A program made the translations under genes and the position numbers. A stretch of 64,000 nt of DNA from Myxococcota bacterium (lineage in GTDB: Bacteria > Myxococcota_A > UBA796 > UBA2385), in assembly GCA_044344255.1 (NCBI GenBank), contig JBIJDH010000020.1:85758-149757 (forward strand), read 5' to 3'. Below the pieces are notes generated by a model. That model was not told the origin of the DNA and ran no database searches. It was given only the letters and a program-made list of their open reading frames with translations. Below, one piece after another: positions 45,115-53,973 of this stretch (position 1 is its first letter; each line of letters starts with the position of its first letter).

Positions 45115-46722
45115 ATGGACGAGCCGCCGCACACCCCCTTCGGACCGGTGCCCGTGGACGGGCGCAGCCTCGATCTCCCGCTCCTCGTGGAGGTCTCGCG
45201 CGAGGGGCGCCCGGCGGCGCTCACGGAGGCCGCCCGCGCGCGAATGGTACGGTCGTACGCCTGGGTGACGGAGGCCGGTCGCGGAGACCGGCCGGTCTAC
45301 GGCGTGAACACGGGCTTCGGCTCGCTCGCGCGGATGTCGATCCCCGCCGCAGACCGCGCCCGCCTCTCGCTCAACCTGATCCGCTCGCACGCGGCCGGGG
45401 TGGGGCCGGAGCTCCCGGTCGAGGTGGTGCGGGCGATGATGCTGCTCCGCGCCAACGCCCTCGCCAAGGGGGTGAGCGGCTGCCGGCCGCTGCTCGTCGA
45501 GACCATCCTCCTCATGCTCGAGCGCGGCGTCACCCCGGTGGTGCCCTCGCAAGGGAGCTGCGGCTCCTCGGGCGACCTCGCCCCGCTGGCCCACCTCGGC
45601 ATGGTGATCGCCGCCGAGGCCGAGGGCGGCCGGGCCCGCTACCGGGGCGCCATCCTCGACGCCGGCGCCGCGATGGCCGCCGCCGGCATCCCGCGCATCG
45701 GGCTCGAGGCCAAGGACGGCCTCGCGCTCACCAACGGGGCCCAGCTCACCACCGCGATCGCCGCCCTCGCCTGCGTCGACGCCTGCCGCCTCGTGCGCGC
45801 CGCCGAGGTGGCCGCGGCGATGAGCATCGAGGCGCTGCTCGGGGCCAGCCGGGCCTTCCACCCCGCCGTCCACGCCATGCGCCCGCACCCCGGCGCCCGG
45901 GCCACCGCGGCCGACCTCTGCGCCCTGCTCTCGGGTAGTGAGCTGATGGACAGCCTCCCCGGGAAGGTGCAGGACGCCTACTCCCTCCGCTGCACCCCGC
46001 CGGTGCTCGGGGCCGCGCGCGACGCCATCGCCTACGCCACCGAGGCGGTGCGCATCGAGCTGAACTCGGCCACGGACAACCCCCTGATCCTGCTCGACGC
46101 CGAGCCCGTCGAGGGCGCCCGCTGGGACCCCACCGATCACGCCTTCTCAGCCGGCCTCTTCCATGGCGAGCCCGTGGGCATCCCGATGGACGTCCTCAAG
46201 CTGGCCCTCGCCGAGGTGGGCTCCCTCTCCGAGCGCCGCCTCTACCGGCTCACCACCGGCAGCCTCTCGCAGCGCCTCCCCCCGGGCCTCGCCGCCGAAG
46301 ATCGGCCAGAGCTCGGCATGCTGCTCCCGCAGACCACCGCCGCCGCCCTCGTGAGCGAGAACAAGGCGCTGTGCTGGCCGGCGAGCGCCGACTCGATCCC
46401 CACCTGCGAAGACCAGGAAGACCACGTCGCCATGAGCACCACCGCCGCCCGCCGCGCGGCCGAGGTGCTGGACAACGTGCGCCGCATCATCGCGATCGAG
46501 CTCTACGGGGCCGCCGCCGCCCTGTCCTTCCGCCGCGCCGCTCAGCCGCAGCTCCGCCTGGGGGCGGGCACGGGGCCCGCGCTCCGCACCGTCGAGGCCA
46601 CCCTGGCCGGGCTGCAGGATCCCGTCCCCTCCGAGGCCATCGCCGCCCTGGAGGCCCTGCTCCGCGGCGATGGGCTGTTCACCGATCTCCCGGCCCTCCT
46701 CCCCATCGGGGCGACCCCATGA
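45115..46722 (+). CDS. hutH: Aromatic amino acid (histidine-type) ammonia-lyase, MIO motif Ser-Ser-Gly
   Basis: YGVNTGFG, LIRSHAAG, GSCGSSGDLAPL, TNG, QDAYSLRC, DNP, QEDHV. Confidence 0.8.
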   Translation: MDEPPHTPFGPVPVDGRSLDLPLLVEVSREGRPAALTEAARARMVRSYAWVTEAGRGDRPVYGVNTGFGSLARMSIPAADRARLSLNLIRSHAAGVGPELPVEVVRAMMLLRANALAKGVSGCRPLLVETILLMLERGVTPVVPSQGSCGSSGDLAPLAHLGMVIAAEAEGGRARYRGAILDAGAAMAAAGIPRIGLEAKDGLALTNGAQLTTAIAALACVDACRLVRAAEVAAAMSIEALLGASRAFHPAVHAMRPHPGARATAADLCALLSGSELMDSLPGKVQDAYSLRCTPPVLGAARDAIAYATEAVRIELNSATDNPLILLDAEPVEGARWDPTDHAFSAGLFHGEPVGIPMDVLKLALAEVGSLSERRLYRLTTGSLSQRLPPGLAAEDRPELGMLLPQTTAAALVSENKALCWPASADSIPTCEDQEDHVAMSTTAARRAAEVLDNVRRIIAIELYGAAAALSFRRAAQPQLRLGAGTGPALRTVEATLAGLQDPVPSEAIAALEALLRGDGLFTDLPALLPIGATP

Positions 46723-48239
46723 TCTGCCTGGACGGGATCTGCCTGGACGGCCGCAGCCTCCGCCCGGAAGACCTCGAGCGCATCGCGCAGGGGGCACGGG
46801 TCGAGGCCGCCCCCGCCGCGCTCGCCGCGATGTCGGCCAACGTCGCTCGCCAGCCCGCGGAGGCCGCCTCCGTGCTCGAGCGAAAGCGCCGCTGGCTGGT
46901 CGGCCCGGCGCGGCCGAGCGGCGACGACGCCGGCCTCGTGCGCGCCTTCATCCTCGGCCACTGCGCCGGGGTCGGTGAGCCGCTCCTCCCCGAGCTCGTG
47001 CGGGCCGCGATGGCCGCCCGGGCCAACGTGCTGCTGCAGGCGGTGAGCGGCTGCCGCCCCGAGGCCGCGCTCGTCCTCATCGAGATGCTGAACCAGGGTG
47101 TCACCCCCGTCGTGCCCTCCCAGGGCAGCGTGGGCGCGGCCGGCGACCTCGCGCCGATGGCCCACATCGCGCGGGTGGCCTGCGGCTACCTCCCCGGCGG
47201 CTCCGGGGCGGGCGCCTCGCTCACCCCCTTCACGCCGACGCCCAAGGAGGCGCTGGCGCTGATCAACGGCGTCTCGCTCACCGCCAGCCTCGCCGCCCTC
47301 GCGGTGGTTCGGGCCCGCCGAGTCCTCGACGCCGCGATCGTCGCCTGCGCGATGACGATGGAGGCCACCGGCGCTGACTCCGGCTGTATCGATCCCCGCC
47401 CCGCGGCCCTCCGCGGACACGCGGGCGGGGTCGAGATCGCGGCCCGCCTCCGCGCCCTCCTCCAGGGCAGCGTGGCCGTGCGCCGGGGCCGCGAGGTCGA
47501 CGCCTTCTCGATCCGCTGCGCCCCCGCGGTGCTCGGCGCCGCCAAGGACGCCCTCGACCACGTCAGCCACACCGTCGACGTGGAGCTGAACGGCGCCTCC
47601 GACAACCCGCTGCTGCTCGACCTCCCCGACGAGGGAGGCCTGAGCGGTCAGGCGGAGTGGGTGGAGGCCGGCAACTTTCACGGGGCCTCGGTGGCCCTGG
47701 CGATGGACCACCTCCGCCTCGCGCTCGCGCAGATCTGCACGCTGTCCGAGCGGCGCACCTTCCGCCTCACCTACGGCCAGCTCACCCCCGGGCTCCCGAG
47801 CTTCCTCGTCCCCGGCACCGGGCTGAACTCGGGCTTCATGCTGGCCCAATACACCGCCGCCTCCCTCACGAGCGAGGTCAAGGGCCTCGCGCACCCCGCC
47901 TCGGTCGACAGCATCCCCACGGTGCAGCACCACGAGGACCACAACAGCATGGGCCCGATCGCCGCCCGCCTCGCGCTGCGATCGATCGACTGCGCCGCCG
48001 ACGTCGTGGGCATCGAGGCCCTGCTCGCCGCCCAGGCCCTCGATCTCCGCCGCCTCGGCCGGGCCTGGGACCCCGACGGTCAGCCCCGCTCGGCCCCTCC
48101 GCAGCCCCTCGCCCCCGCCGTAGAGCGGGCGCGGGCCGCCGTCCGGGCGGTGGTGCCCTTCTGGGAGGACGACGGCTACCTGCACCCCGCCCTCGTCGCC
48201 ACCGGCACCCTCGTGCGGAGCGGGGCCCTCCTCGGCTGA
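46719..48239 (+). CDS. Ammonia-lyase paralog lacking the MIO serine (Ala-Ala-Gly); probable pseudoenzyme
   Basis: GSVGAAGDLAPM, no YG.TGFG loop, DAFSIRC, GNFHG, GLNSGFMLAQYTAA, HEDHNSMG; ATGA-coupled. Confidence 0.85.
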   Translation: MICLDGICLDGRSLRPEDLERIAQGARVEAAPAALAAMSANVARQPAEAASVLERKRRWLVGPARPSGDDAGLVRAFILGHCAGVGEPLLPELVRAAMAARANVLLQAVSGCRPEAALVLIEMLNQGVTPVVPSQGSVGAAGDLAPMAHIARVACGYLPGGSGAGASLTPFTPTPKEALALINGVSLTASLAALAVVRARRVLDAAIVACAMTMEATGADSGCIDPRPAALRGHAGGVEIAARLRALLQGSVAVRRGREVDAFSIRCAPAVLGAAKDALDHVSHTVDVELNGASDNPLLLDLPDEGGLSGQAEWVEAGNFHGASVALAMDHLRLALAQICTLSERRTFRLTYGQLTPGLPSFLVPGTGLNSGFMLAQYTAASLTSEVKGLAHPASVDSIPTVQHHEDHNSMGPIAARLALRSIDCAADVVGIEALLAAQALDLRRLGRAWDPDGQPRSAPPQPLAPAVERARAAVRAVVPFWEDDGYLHPALVATGTLVRSGALLG

Positions 48240-48295
48240 GCCCCTCTTCGCTGTCTACGGGCCTGCGGGCGGCGCGGCGGCGCTATGCTGGGCCG

Positions 48296-48859
48296 ATGTC
48301 GCCCCTCTGGTTCGCCGCCCTCGCCGCCGCCCTGCTCTACCTGGGCCTCCTGTCCACCGGCCGAAAGGGCTGGTGGAAGGTCCTGCCCGCGGTGCTGCTC
48401 TCCCTCGCGGTGCCGCCCGCCTTCGCCCCGGCCTTCCTGCTCTGCGCGGTGGGGGACGGCTGCTTGCTCCGCCCGCGGCTCTTCCTGCCCGGCCTCGGCG
48501 CCTTCCTGCTCGGCCACGTCGCCTTCATGGTGGCCTTCAGCCGCCTGCCGGACGCCGCGCTGCTGCCCCCGCTGCCGCTCGCCCTCGGCCTCGGCGCGCT
48601 GGCGGTGGGGATGGTCGTGGGGCTCTGGGCGGGGCTCAAGGGGCCGCTCAAGGTCGCCGTGCCTCTCTACGCCGTCGCCCTGGCGGGCATGGCCTTCATG
48701 AGCGCGCGCGCCGGCCTGCGCCCGGCCTTCGGCGGCCTGCTGTTCCTGATCTCCGACGCCGTCCTCGCCTGGAACCGCTTCCGTCGGCCCTTCGAGGGGG
48801 CCGACGGGGTGGTGATGGTCACCTACTTCGGAGCGCTCTTGCTGCTCGCCCGGCTCTGA
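48296..48859 (+). CDS. YhhN/TMEM86 lysoplasmalogenase-family membrane protein
   Basis: GDGCL, GLGAFLLGH, LFLISDAVLAWNRF, VMVTY. Confidence 0.88.
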   Translation: MSPLWFAALAAALLYLGLLSTGRKGWWKVLPAVLLSLAVPPAFAPAFLLCAVGDGCLLRPRLFLPGLGAFLLGHVAFMVAFSRLPDAALLPPLPLALGLGALAVGMVVGLWAGLKGPLKVAVPLYAVALAGMAFMSARAGLRPAFGGLLFLISDAVLAWNRFRRPFEGADGVVMVTYFGALLLLARL

Positions 48860-49456
48860 TCAAGCGGCGCGGGGCCCATCCACCCGGTGCGCCCGGAGGT
48901 CGGGCGGACCGCTCGGCGGCGGACAGAGCTCAAGGGAGGGGTCGTCCGGATCGGGCGGCGAGGGGTTGACGAAGAGGATGCGCGCAGGGTCCATCAAGAG
49001 GACACGGTCGGCCACCTCGCGGGGGAGCACGAGGTACTGCGGATCTTCGGGGCCCTCGCCCGACCAGGCCACCGCGAGGCGGCCCCGCCGCAGGTCCCAG
49101 GCCCAGGACTCGGGGAGGCTCAGCCGGTGGATGTGGGTCCGGTCGGCGGCCCAATGATAAAATGGCTGGGGACCTGCCTTTTCTGGGAGGCGATAGGCGC
49201 GCAGGAGGTTGCCCACGCTGCGCTGCCGCTCCGCCGCCTCCCGCGCCGCCTCGCGGGCCGCCTTCTCCGCCTGACGCCGCTCCCGCTCCGCCTGCGCAGC
49301 CGCCTGCCGCTCCGCTGCCTCGCGGGCCTCGACGACCGCGCGGGCCTCCCGTTGGGCCTGGGTCTCCTTCCGCTCCTTCTTCAGGTCGCGGTTGACCTCT
49401 TGGACCTTCTTCTTGTCGACCACACCGGCCTTGAGGAGCTGGTCGCGGAGGGACAT
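48860..49456 (-). CDS. DUF2058 family protein
   Basis: MSLRDQLLKAGVVDKKK N-terminus, coiled coil, GRLAV...YLVLPREVA. Confidence 0.8.
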   Translation of the reverse strand: MSLRDQLLKAGVVDKKKVQEVNRDLKKERKETQAQREARAVVEAREAAERQAAAQAERERRQAEKAAREAAREAAERQRSVGNLLRAYRLPEKAGPQPFYHWAADRTHIHRLSLPESWAWDLRRGRLAVAWSGEGPEDPQYLVLPREVADRVLLMDPARILFVNPSPPDPDDPSLELCPPPSGPPDLRAHRVDGPRAA

Positions 49457-49478
49457 CGGGGCTCCCAGGCCGGGGGTT

Positions 49479-50621
49479 TCAGCTCGTGAGGCGTCCGAAG
49501 AGGTCTTGGAAGAAGCTCTTCTCCGTCACCTTGCCCTCCTGGAGCTCGGCCAGCTGACGGATCAGCTCCTCTTCCTTGGCGCTGAGCTTCGTCGGGACTG
49601 AGACCACGACCTGGACGTGCTGATCGCCGCGGCCACCCCGGCGGGTGAGGCGGGGCGCCCCCTTCCCGTCGAGCTTGAAGACCTTGCCAGAGGCCGTGCC
49701 GCGCGGGATCTCGAGGTCGGTCTCGCCGTCGATCGTCGGGATCTTGATCGAGGCGCCGAGCGCGGCCTGGGGGAAGGTGACCGGGATCTGGCAGAGGATG
49801 TCGTCGCCGTCCCGCTTGAATGTCTCGTGCTCGTCCACCTGGATGAGGACGTAGAGATCGCCGGCGGGGGCGCCGGGATCTCCCTCGTCGCCCTTGCCGG
49901 TGAGGCGGAGCTGGAGCCCATTGTTGACGCCGGCCGGCACCTGGACGGTGAGGTTGCCGGTCTGGCGGGTCTGCCCCTGCCCCTTACACTCGGTGCAGGG
50001 GTTGCGGACCACCTGCCCGCGGCCGCGGCAGGTGGGGCAGGTGGTGCGGATGCGCACGAAGAGCTGGGCCTGGATGACCTCGCCGTGCCCGCCACAGGTG
50101 TTGCAGGTCTCGGGCTTGCTGCCCGGCTCCACGCCCGTCGCGCTGCAGCGACCGCAGCGACCGTGCCGCGGGACCTCGATCTCCTTGGAGCAGCCGTGCA
50201 CGGCCTCCATGAAGCTGATGTCGAGCGGGAACTGGAGGTCGGCGCCCGGCCGCGCGCGGGACTGGCCACCACCACCGCCCCCGCGACCCCGACCGCCGGA
50301 GAAGCCGAAGAGGTCACCGAACATGTCGGCGAAGTTGCTGAAGACCTCGTCGGCGTTCTGGAAGCCCGGGCCAGGACCGCCCCCCGCTCCGCGGAGGCCG
50401 GCGTGGCCGAAGCGGTCATAGGTGGCCCGCTTCTCCGCGTCGGAGAGCACCTGGTAGGCCTCCGCGGCCTCCTTGAACTTGCCCTCGGCCTCCGGGTTGT
50501 CCGGGTTCCGATCGGGGTGGTACTGCATCGCGAGCTTGCGGTAGGCCTTCTTCAGCGTGCTGTCGTCAGCGTCCTTGGGGACGCCGAGCACCTCGTAGTA
50601 GTCGCGGGGCTGAGCGGACAT
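49479..50621 (-). CDS. dnaJ: Chaperone DnaJ
   Basis: J domain with HPD, G/F region, four CxxCxGxG-type repeats. Confidence 0.98.
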   Translation of the reverse strand: MSAQPRDYYEVLGVPKDADDSTLKKAYRKLAMQYHPDRNPDNPEAEGKFKEAAEAYQVLSDAEKRATYDRFGHAGLRGAGGGPGPGFQNADEVFSNFADMFGDLFGFSGGRGRGGGGGGQSRARPGADLQFPLDISFMEAVHGCSKEIEVPRHGRCGRCSATGVEPGSKPETCNTCGGHGEVIQAQLFVRIRTTCPTCRGRGQVVRNPCTECKGQGQTRQTGNLTVQVPAGVNNGLQLRLTGKGDEGDPGAPAGDLYVLIQVDEHETFKRDGDDILCQIPVTFPQAALGASIKIPTIDGETDLEIPRGTASGKVFKLDGKGAPRLTRRGGRGDQHVQVVVSVPTKLSAKEEELIRQLAELQEGKVTEKSFFQDLFGRLTS

Positions 50622-50700
50622 GGGGGCTTCCGAAGCGGTGGCGGCGCGGCGGCAGAGAGAGAGCGGAGGGAGGGTCTATGAGGGCGAGCGGTCCAACGGC

Positions 50701-50729
50701 AAACGCCGCCCCCCGGGGAGGGGGCGGCG
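50701..50729 (-). terminator. GC hairpin after dnaK (intrinsic terminator or stabiliser)
   Basis: cgccgccccc / gggggcggcg stem followed by TTT on the minus strand. Confidence 0.65.
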
Positions 50730-50747
50730 CGTGGCGGTGAGAGCGGC

Positions 50748-52646
50748 TCAGGCCTCTTCGTACTCGGCGTCGATCACGTCGCCGTTCTTGCCGGTCTTGG
50801 CCTGGGGACCCGCGTCGGCCCCGGGCGTGGGCCCGGCTCCGGCGGCGCCGCCGCCCTGGTAGGCGGCCTGGGCGAGGGCATGGCTCGCGGTGGTGAGGCT
50901 GTCGAAGGCCGCCTTGAGCTTGGCCACGTCGTCGGTGTCGAGGGCCACGCGGGCCTCCTTGACCTGGGCCTCGACGGCCTCGACCTGGCTCGCCGGCAGC
51001 TTGGCCTTGTGCTCACCGAGCAGCTTCTCGGTCTGGTAGACGAGGTTGTCGAGGTTGTTGCGGGCCTCGATGAGCTCGCGCTTGCGGGAGTCTTCGGCCT
51101 CGTGGTCGGAGGCCTCGCGCACGAGGCGCTCGACGTCGCCCTTAGAGAGGCCCGAGGAGCTGGTGATGGTGATCTTCTGCTCCTTGCTGGTGGCCTTGTC
51201 CTTGGCGAGCACGTTCAGGATGCCGTTGGCGTCGATGTCGAAGGTGACCTCGATCTGCGGCATGCCGCGGGGGGCCGAGGGGATGCCGTCGAGGCGGAAG
51301 GTGCCGAGCAGGCGGTTGTCCTTCGCCATCGGGCGCTCGCCCTGGTAGACCTGCACGTCCACCGCGGTCTGGTTGTCGGCGGCCGTCGAGAAGGTCTCCG
51401 ACTTGCGCGTGGGGATCGTGGTGTTGCGCGCGATGAGCACGGTGTGCACGCCGCCGAGCGTCTCGATGCCGAGGCTGAGCGGGGTCACGTCGAGGAGGAG
51501 GAGGTCCTTCACGTCGCCGGAGAGCACGCCGCCCTGGACGGCGGCGCCGATGGCCACCACCTCATCGGGGTTCACGGAGCGGTTGGGCTCGCGACCGAAG
51601 AGGTCCTTGACCTTCTTCTGAACGAGCGGGATGCGGGTGGAACCACCGACCAGCAGGACCTCGTCGATGCCCGAGGCGCTGAGGCCGGCGTCCTTCAAGG
51701 CGAGGCGGCAGGGTTGGAGGGTGCGCTCGACGACCGGCTCGATCATCCGCTCGAACTGCGCGCGGGTGAGGGTGCGCTGGAGGTGCTTGGGGCCGCTGGC
51801 GTCGGCGGTGAGGTACGGGAGGTTGACCTCGGACTGCATCGCGCTCGAGAGCTCGATCTTGGCCTTCTCGGCGGCGTCCTTCAGGCGCTGGAGCACCATC
51901 TTGTCGCCGGTGAGGTCGATGCCGCTGTCCTTCTTGAACTCGGCCACCAGCCAGTCGATCAGCACCTGGTCGATGTCATCGCCGCCGAGGTGCGTGTCGC
52001 CGTTGGTGGACTTGACCTCGACCACGTTGTCGCCCACCTCGAGGATGGAGATGTCGAAGGTGCCGCCGCCGAAGTCATAGACCGCGACCACCTCGTCCTT
52101 CTTCTTGTCGAGGCCGTATGCGAGGGCCGCCGCGGTGGGCTCGTTGATGATGCGCTTGACGTCGAGCCCGGCGATCTTGCCGGCGTCCTTCGTGGCCTGG
52201 CGCTGAGCGTCGTTGAAGTAGGCGGGGACGGTGATGACCGCCTCGGTGACCTCGGTGCCGAGGTAACGCTCGGCGTCACGCTTGAGCTTCTGGAGGATCA
52301 TCGCCGAGACTTCGGGAGGCGAGAACTGCTTGTCGTCGACCTTGACGCGGGGGAGGCCATCCGACCCGCGGACGACGTCGTAGGAGACCCGCTTGGTCTC
52401 CTCCTGGCTCTCCTCGAAGCGGCGGCCCATGAAGCGCTTGATCGAGGAGACGGTGCGCTTGGGGTTGGTGATGGCCTGTCGCTTGGCCACCGCGCCCACG
52501 AGACGCTCACCGTCTTTGGCGAAGCCGACCACCGAAGGGGTGGTGCGGGCGCCCTCCTCATTGACGATGACGACCGGCTTGTCGCCCTCCATCACGGAGA
52601 CAACGGAGTTGGTGGTGCCGAGGTCAATCCCGATGATCTTGCCCAT
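50748..52646 (-). CDS. dnaK: Chaperone DnaK
   Basis: [49 protein letters not shown] upstream. Confidence 0.99.
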   Translation of the reverse strand: MGKIIGIDLGTTNSVVSVMEGDKPVVIVNEEGARTTPSVVGFAKDGERLVGAVAKRQAITNPKRTVSSIKRFMGRRFEESQEETKRVSYDVVRGSDGLPRVKVDDKQFSPPEVSAMILQKLKRDAERYLGTEVTEAVITVPAYFNDAQRQATKDAGKIAGLDVKRIINEPTAAALAYGLDKKKDEVVAVYDFGGGTFDISILEVGDNVVEVKSTNGDTHLGGDDIDQVLIDWLVAEFKKDSGIDLTGDKMVLQRLKDAAEKAKIELSSAMQSEVNLPYLTADASGPKHLQRTLTRAQFERMIEPVVERTLQPCRLALKDAGLSASGIDEVLLVGGSTRIPLVQKKVKDLFGREPNRSVNPDEVVAIGAAVQGGVLSGDVKDLLLLDVTPLSLGIETLGGVHTVLIARNTTIPTRKSETFSTAADNQTAVDVQVYQGERPMAKDNRLLGTFRLDGIPSAPRGMPQIEVTFDIDANGILNVLAKDKATSKEQKITITSSSGLSKGDVERLVREASDHEAEDSRKRELIEARNNLDNLVYQTEKLLGEHKAKLPASQVEAVEAQVKEARVALDTDDVAKLKAAFDSLTTASHALAQAAYQGGGAAGAGPTPGADAGPQAKTGKNGDVIDAEYEEA

Positions 52647-53169
52647 GGAATTCTCCTTCGCAGTCCGGAGCGCTGGCGCCCGGCGGTGGCGTAAATCGGC
52701 TCCGACTCCCCGAAGATGGCAATCCATCCACGGGTATCTGTCGTTGCCATGGGTGGATCCCCTACCGGCCCACCCCTTCGACCGGGAAGGTAATCCCGGT
52801 CGCTCGCCCGGCAACACCCTCCTCCCCCTCCACGCGGACAAATCCACAGCACCCGGGAAGCTCGATCGGCAGCCCCTGGCGTCGATGTCGCAGGTGGACG
52901 CGGAGGTGGTGGGGGCCTCCCCGGCAAGCGCTTGAAATTACTCAGACCGAGGGAGCTGGCATGGGACTTGCTTCCCTTGACCCCGTCGAGCCGAGCCCCC
53001 CTCTTCACCCACATCACCCGACGTCCGTGCCCAGTCCCAGGGGGGCCCGAGGAGACCAGGAGCCGGCGGGGCAATCTCGCCCCGGCCGGCTCCCATTCTT
53101 TTCCGTGCGGGACGCCCCGCGTCCGGGCCCGCAGCGCCCAAAACGCGAACAAAACGGGGCCCCCCAAAC

Positions 53170-53201
53170 GAAAGAGGCCGCCCCGAATGGAGCGGCCTCT
53201 C
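53170..53201 (-). terminator. Intrinsic terminator of the Ig-domain lipoprotein gene
   Basis: agaggccgc...gcggcctct stem followed on the minus strand by TTCGTTT. Confidence 0.7.
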
Positions 53202-53235
53202 CGAAGCGGAGCGCCAGAGGCGGCCCGCGCGGCCC

Positions 53236-53841
53236 CTACTTGGGGGGAGCGGCGGCGGCGGCGTCGGCGGCCACAGCGGCGGCGGGGACGACCTTCAGCT
53301 TGAGGTCCTTGGCGAGCTCGCCGGACTTGGCCGAGATGGTGACCTCACCCTCCTTGACGGGGGTGACGACGCCGTCGGCGACGGTGGCGATGGTGTCGTC
53401 GCTGCTCTTCCACTCGACCTTGAGGTCAGCGATGGCGTTGCCGCGATCGTTGACGGCGCCGGTCAGGGCGGCGGTGGTGCCGAGGGGGAGCTCCTGGCCC
53501 TCGGTGGCGCCGGAGATCGCGACCTCGTCGGGGAGCCCGACGGAGACCTTGAACTCGGCCTTGACCTTGTCGCCGATCTTGGCGGTGGCGACAGCGTCAC
53601 CTTCGCCGACCAGCTCGATGGTCTTGCCATCGGCCTTGAGCTTGGCGACTTCGGGGGGAGCCACGGTCCAGGTGACCTTGGCATCCTTGATCGCCGCGTT
53701 CTTGGCGTCGAGGACCTTCACCCCGGGGAGGGCGACGTCCTTGAGCTCGTGGGTGGAGACAGTGGCCTCGCCGTCGATGGTGATCTTGGCGGGGACGGGC
53801 GCGCAGCCCATCGCGAGGGCGAGAATGAGCCCAACAACCAT
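53236..53841 (-). CDS. Bacterial Ig-like (Big_2) domain lipoprotein
   Basis: Lipobox-like AMGC; VTWTV...EVA and WKSSDDTIATV..GVVT repeats. Confidence 0.85.
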   Translation of the reverse strand: MVVGLILALAMGCAPVPAKITIDGEATVSTHELKDVALPGVKVLDAKNAAIKDAKVTWTVAPPEVAKLKADGKTIELVGEGDAVATAKIGDKVKAEFKVSVGLPDEVAISGATEGQELPLGTTAALTGAVNDRGNAIADLKVEWKSSDDTIATVADGVVTPVKEGEVTISAKSGELAKDLKLKVVPAAAVAADAAAAAPPK

Positions 53842-53973
53842 GGTATTTCCGGACGGGGATTTGCACCCCGAATGAGGCAGGATCCGCCTGCCTCTGGCAC
53901 GCGCAACCTCCATAAGGGAGGCGCGAAGCGCCGACCGGCTATCCCGCTGACGGGAGTCGTCAATAGTCCAGCC

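Noticed and set aside
50880..52694. 604-aa + strand ORF antisense to dnaK
   Set aside because: Well-known antisense shadow ORF of dnaK in GC-rich genomes; dnaK explains the sequence.
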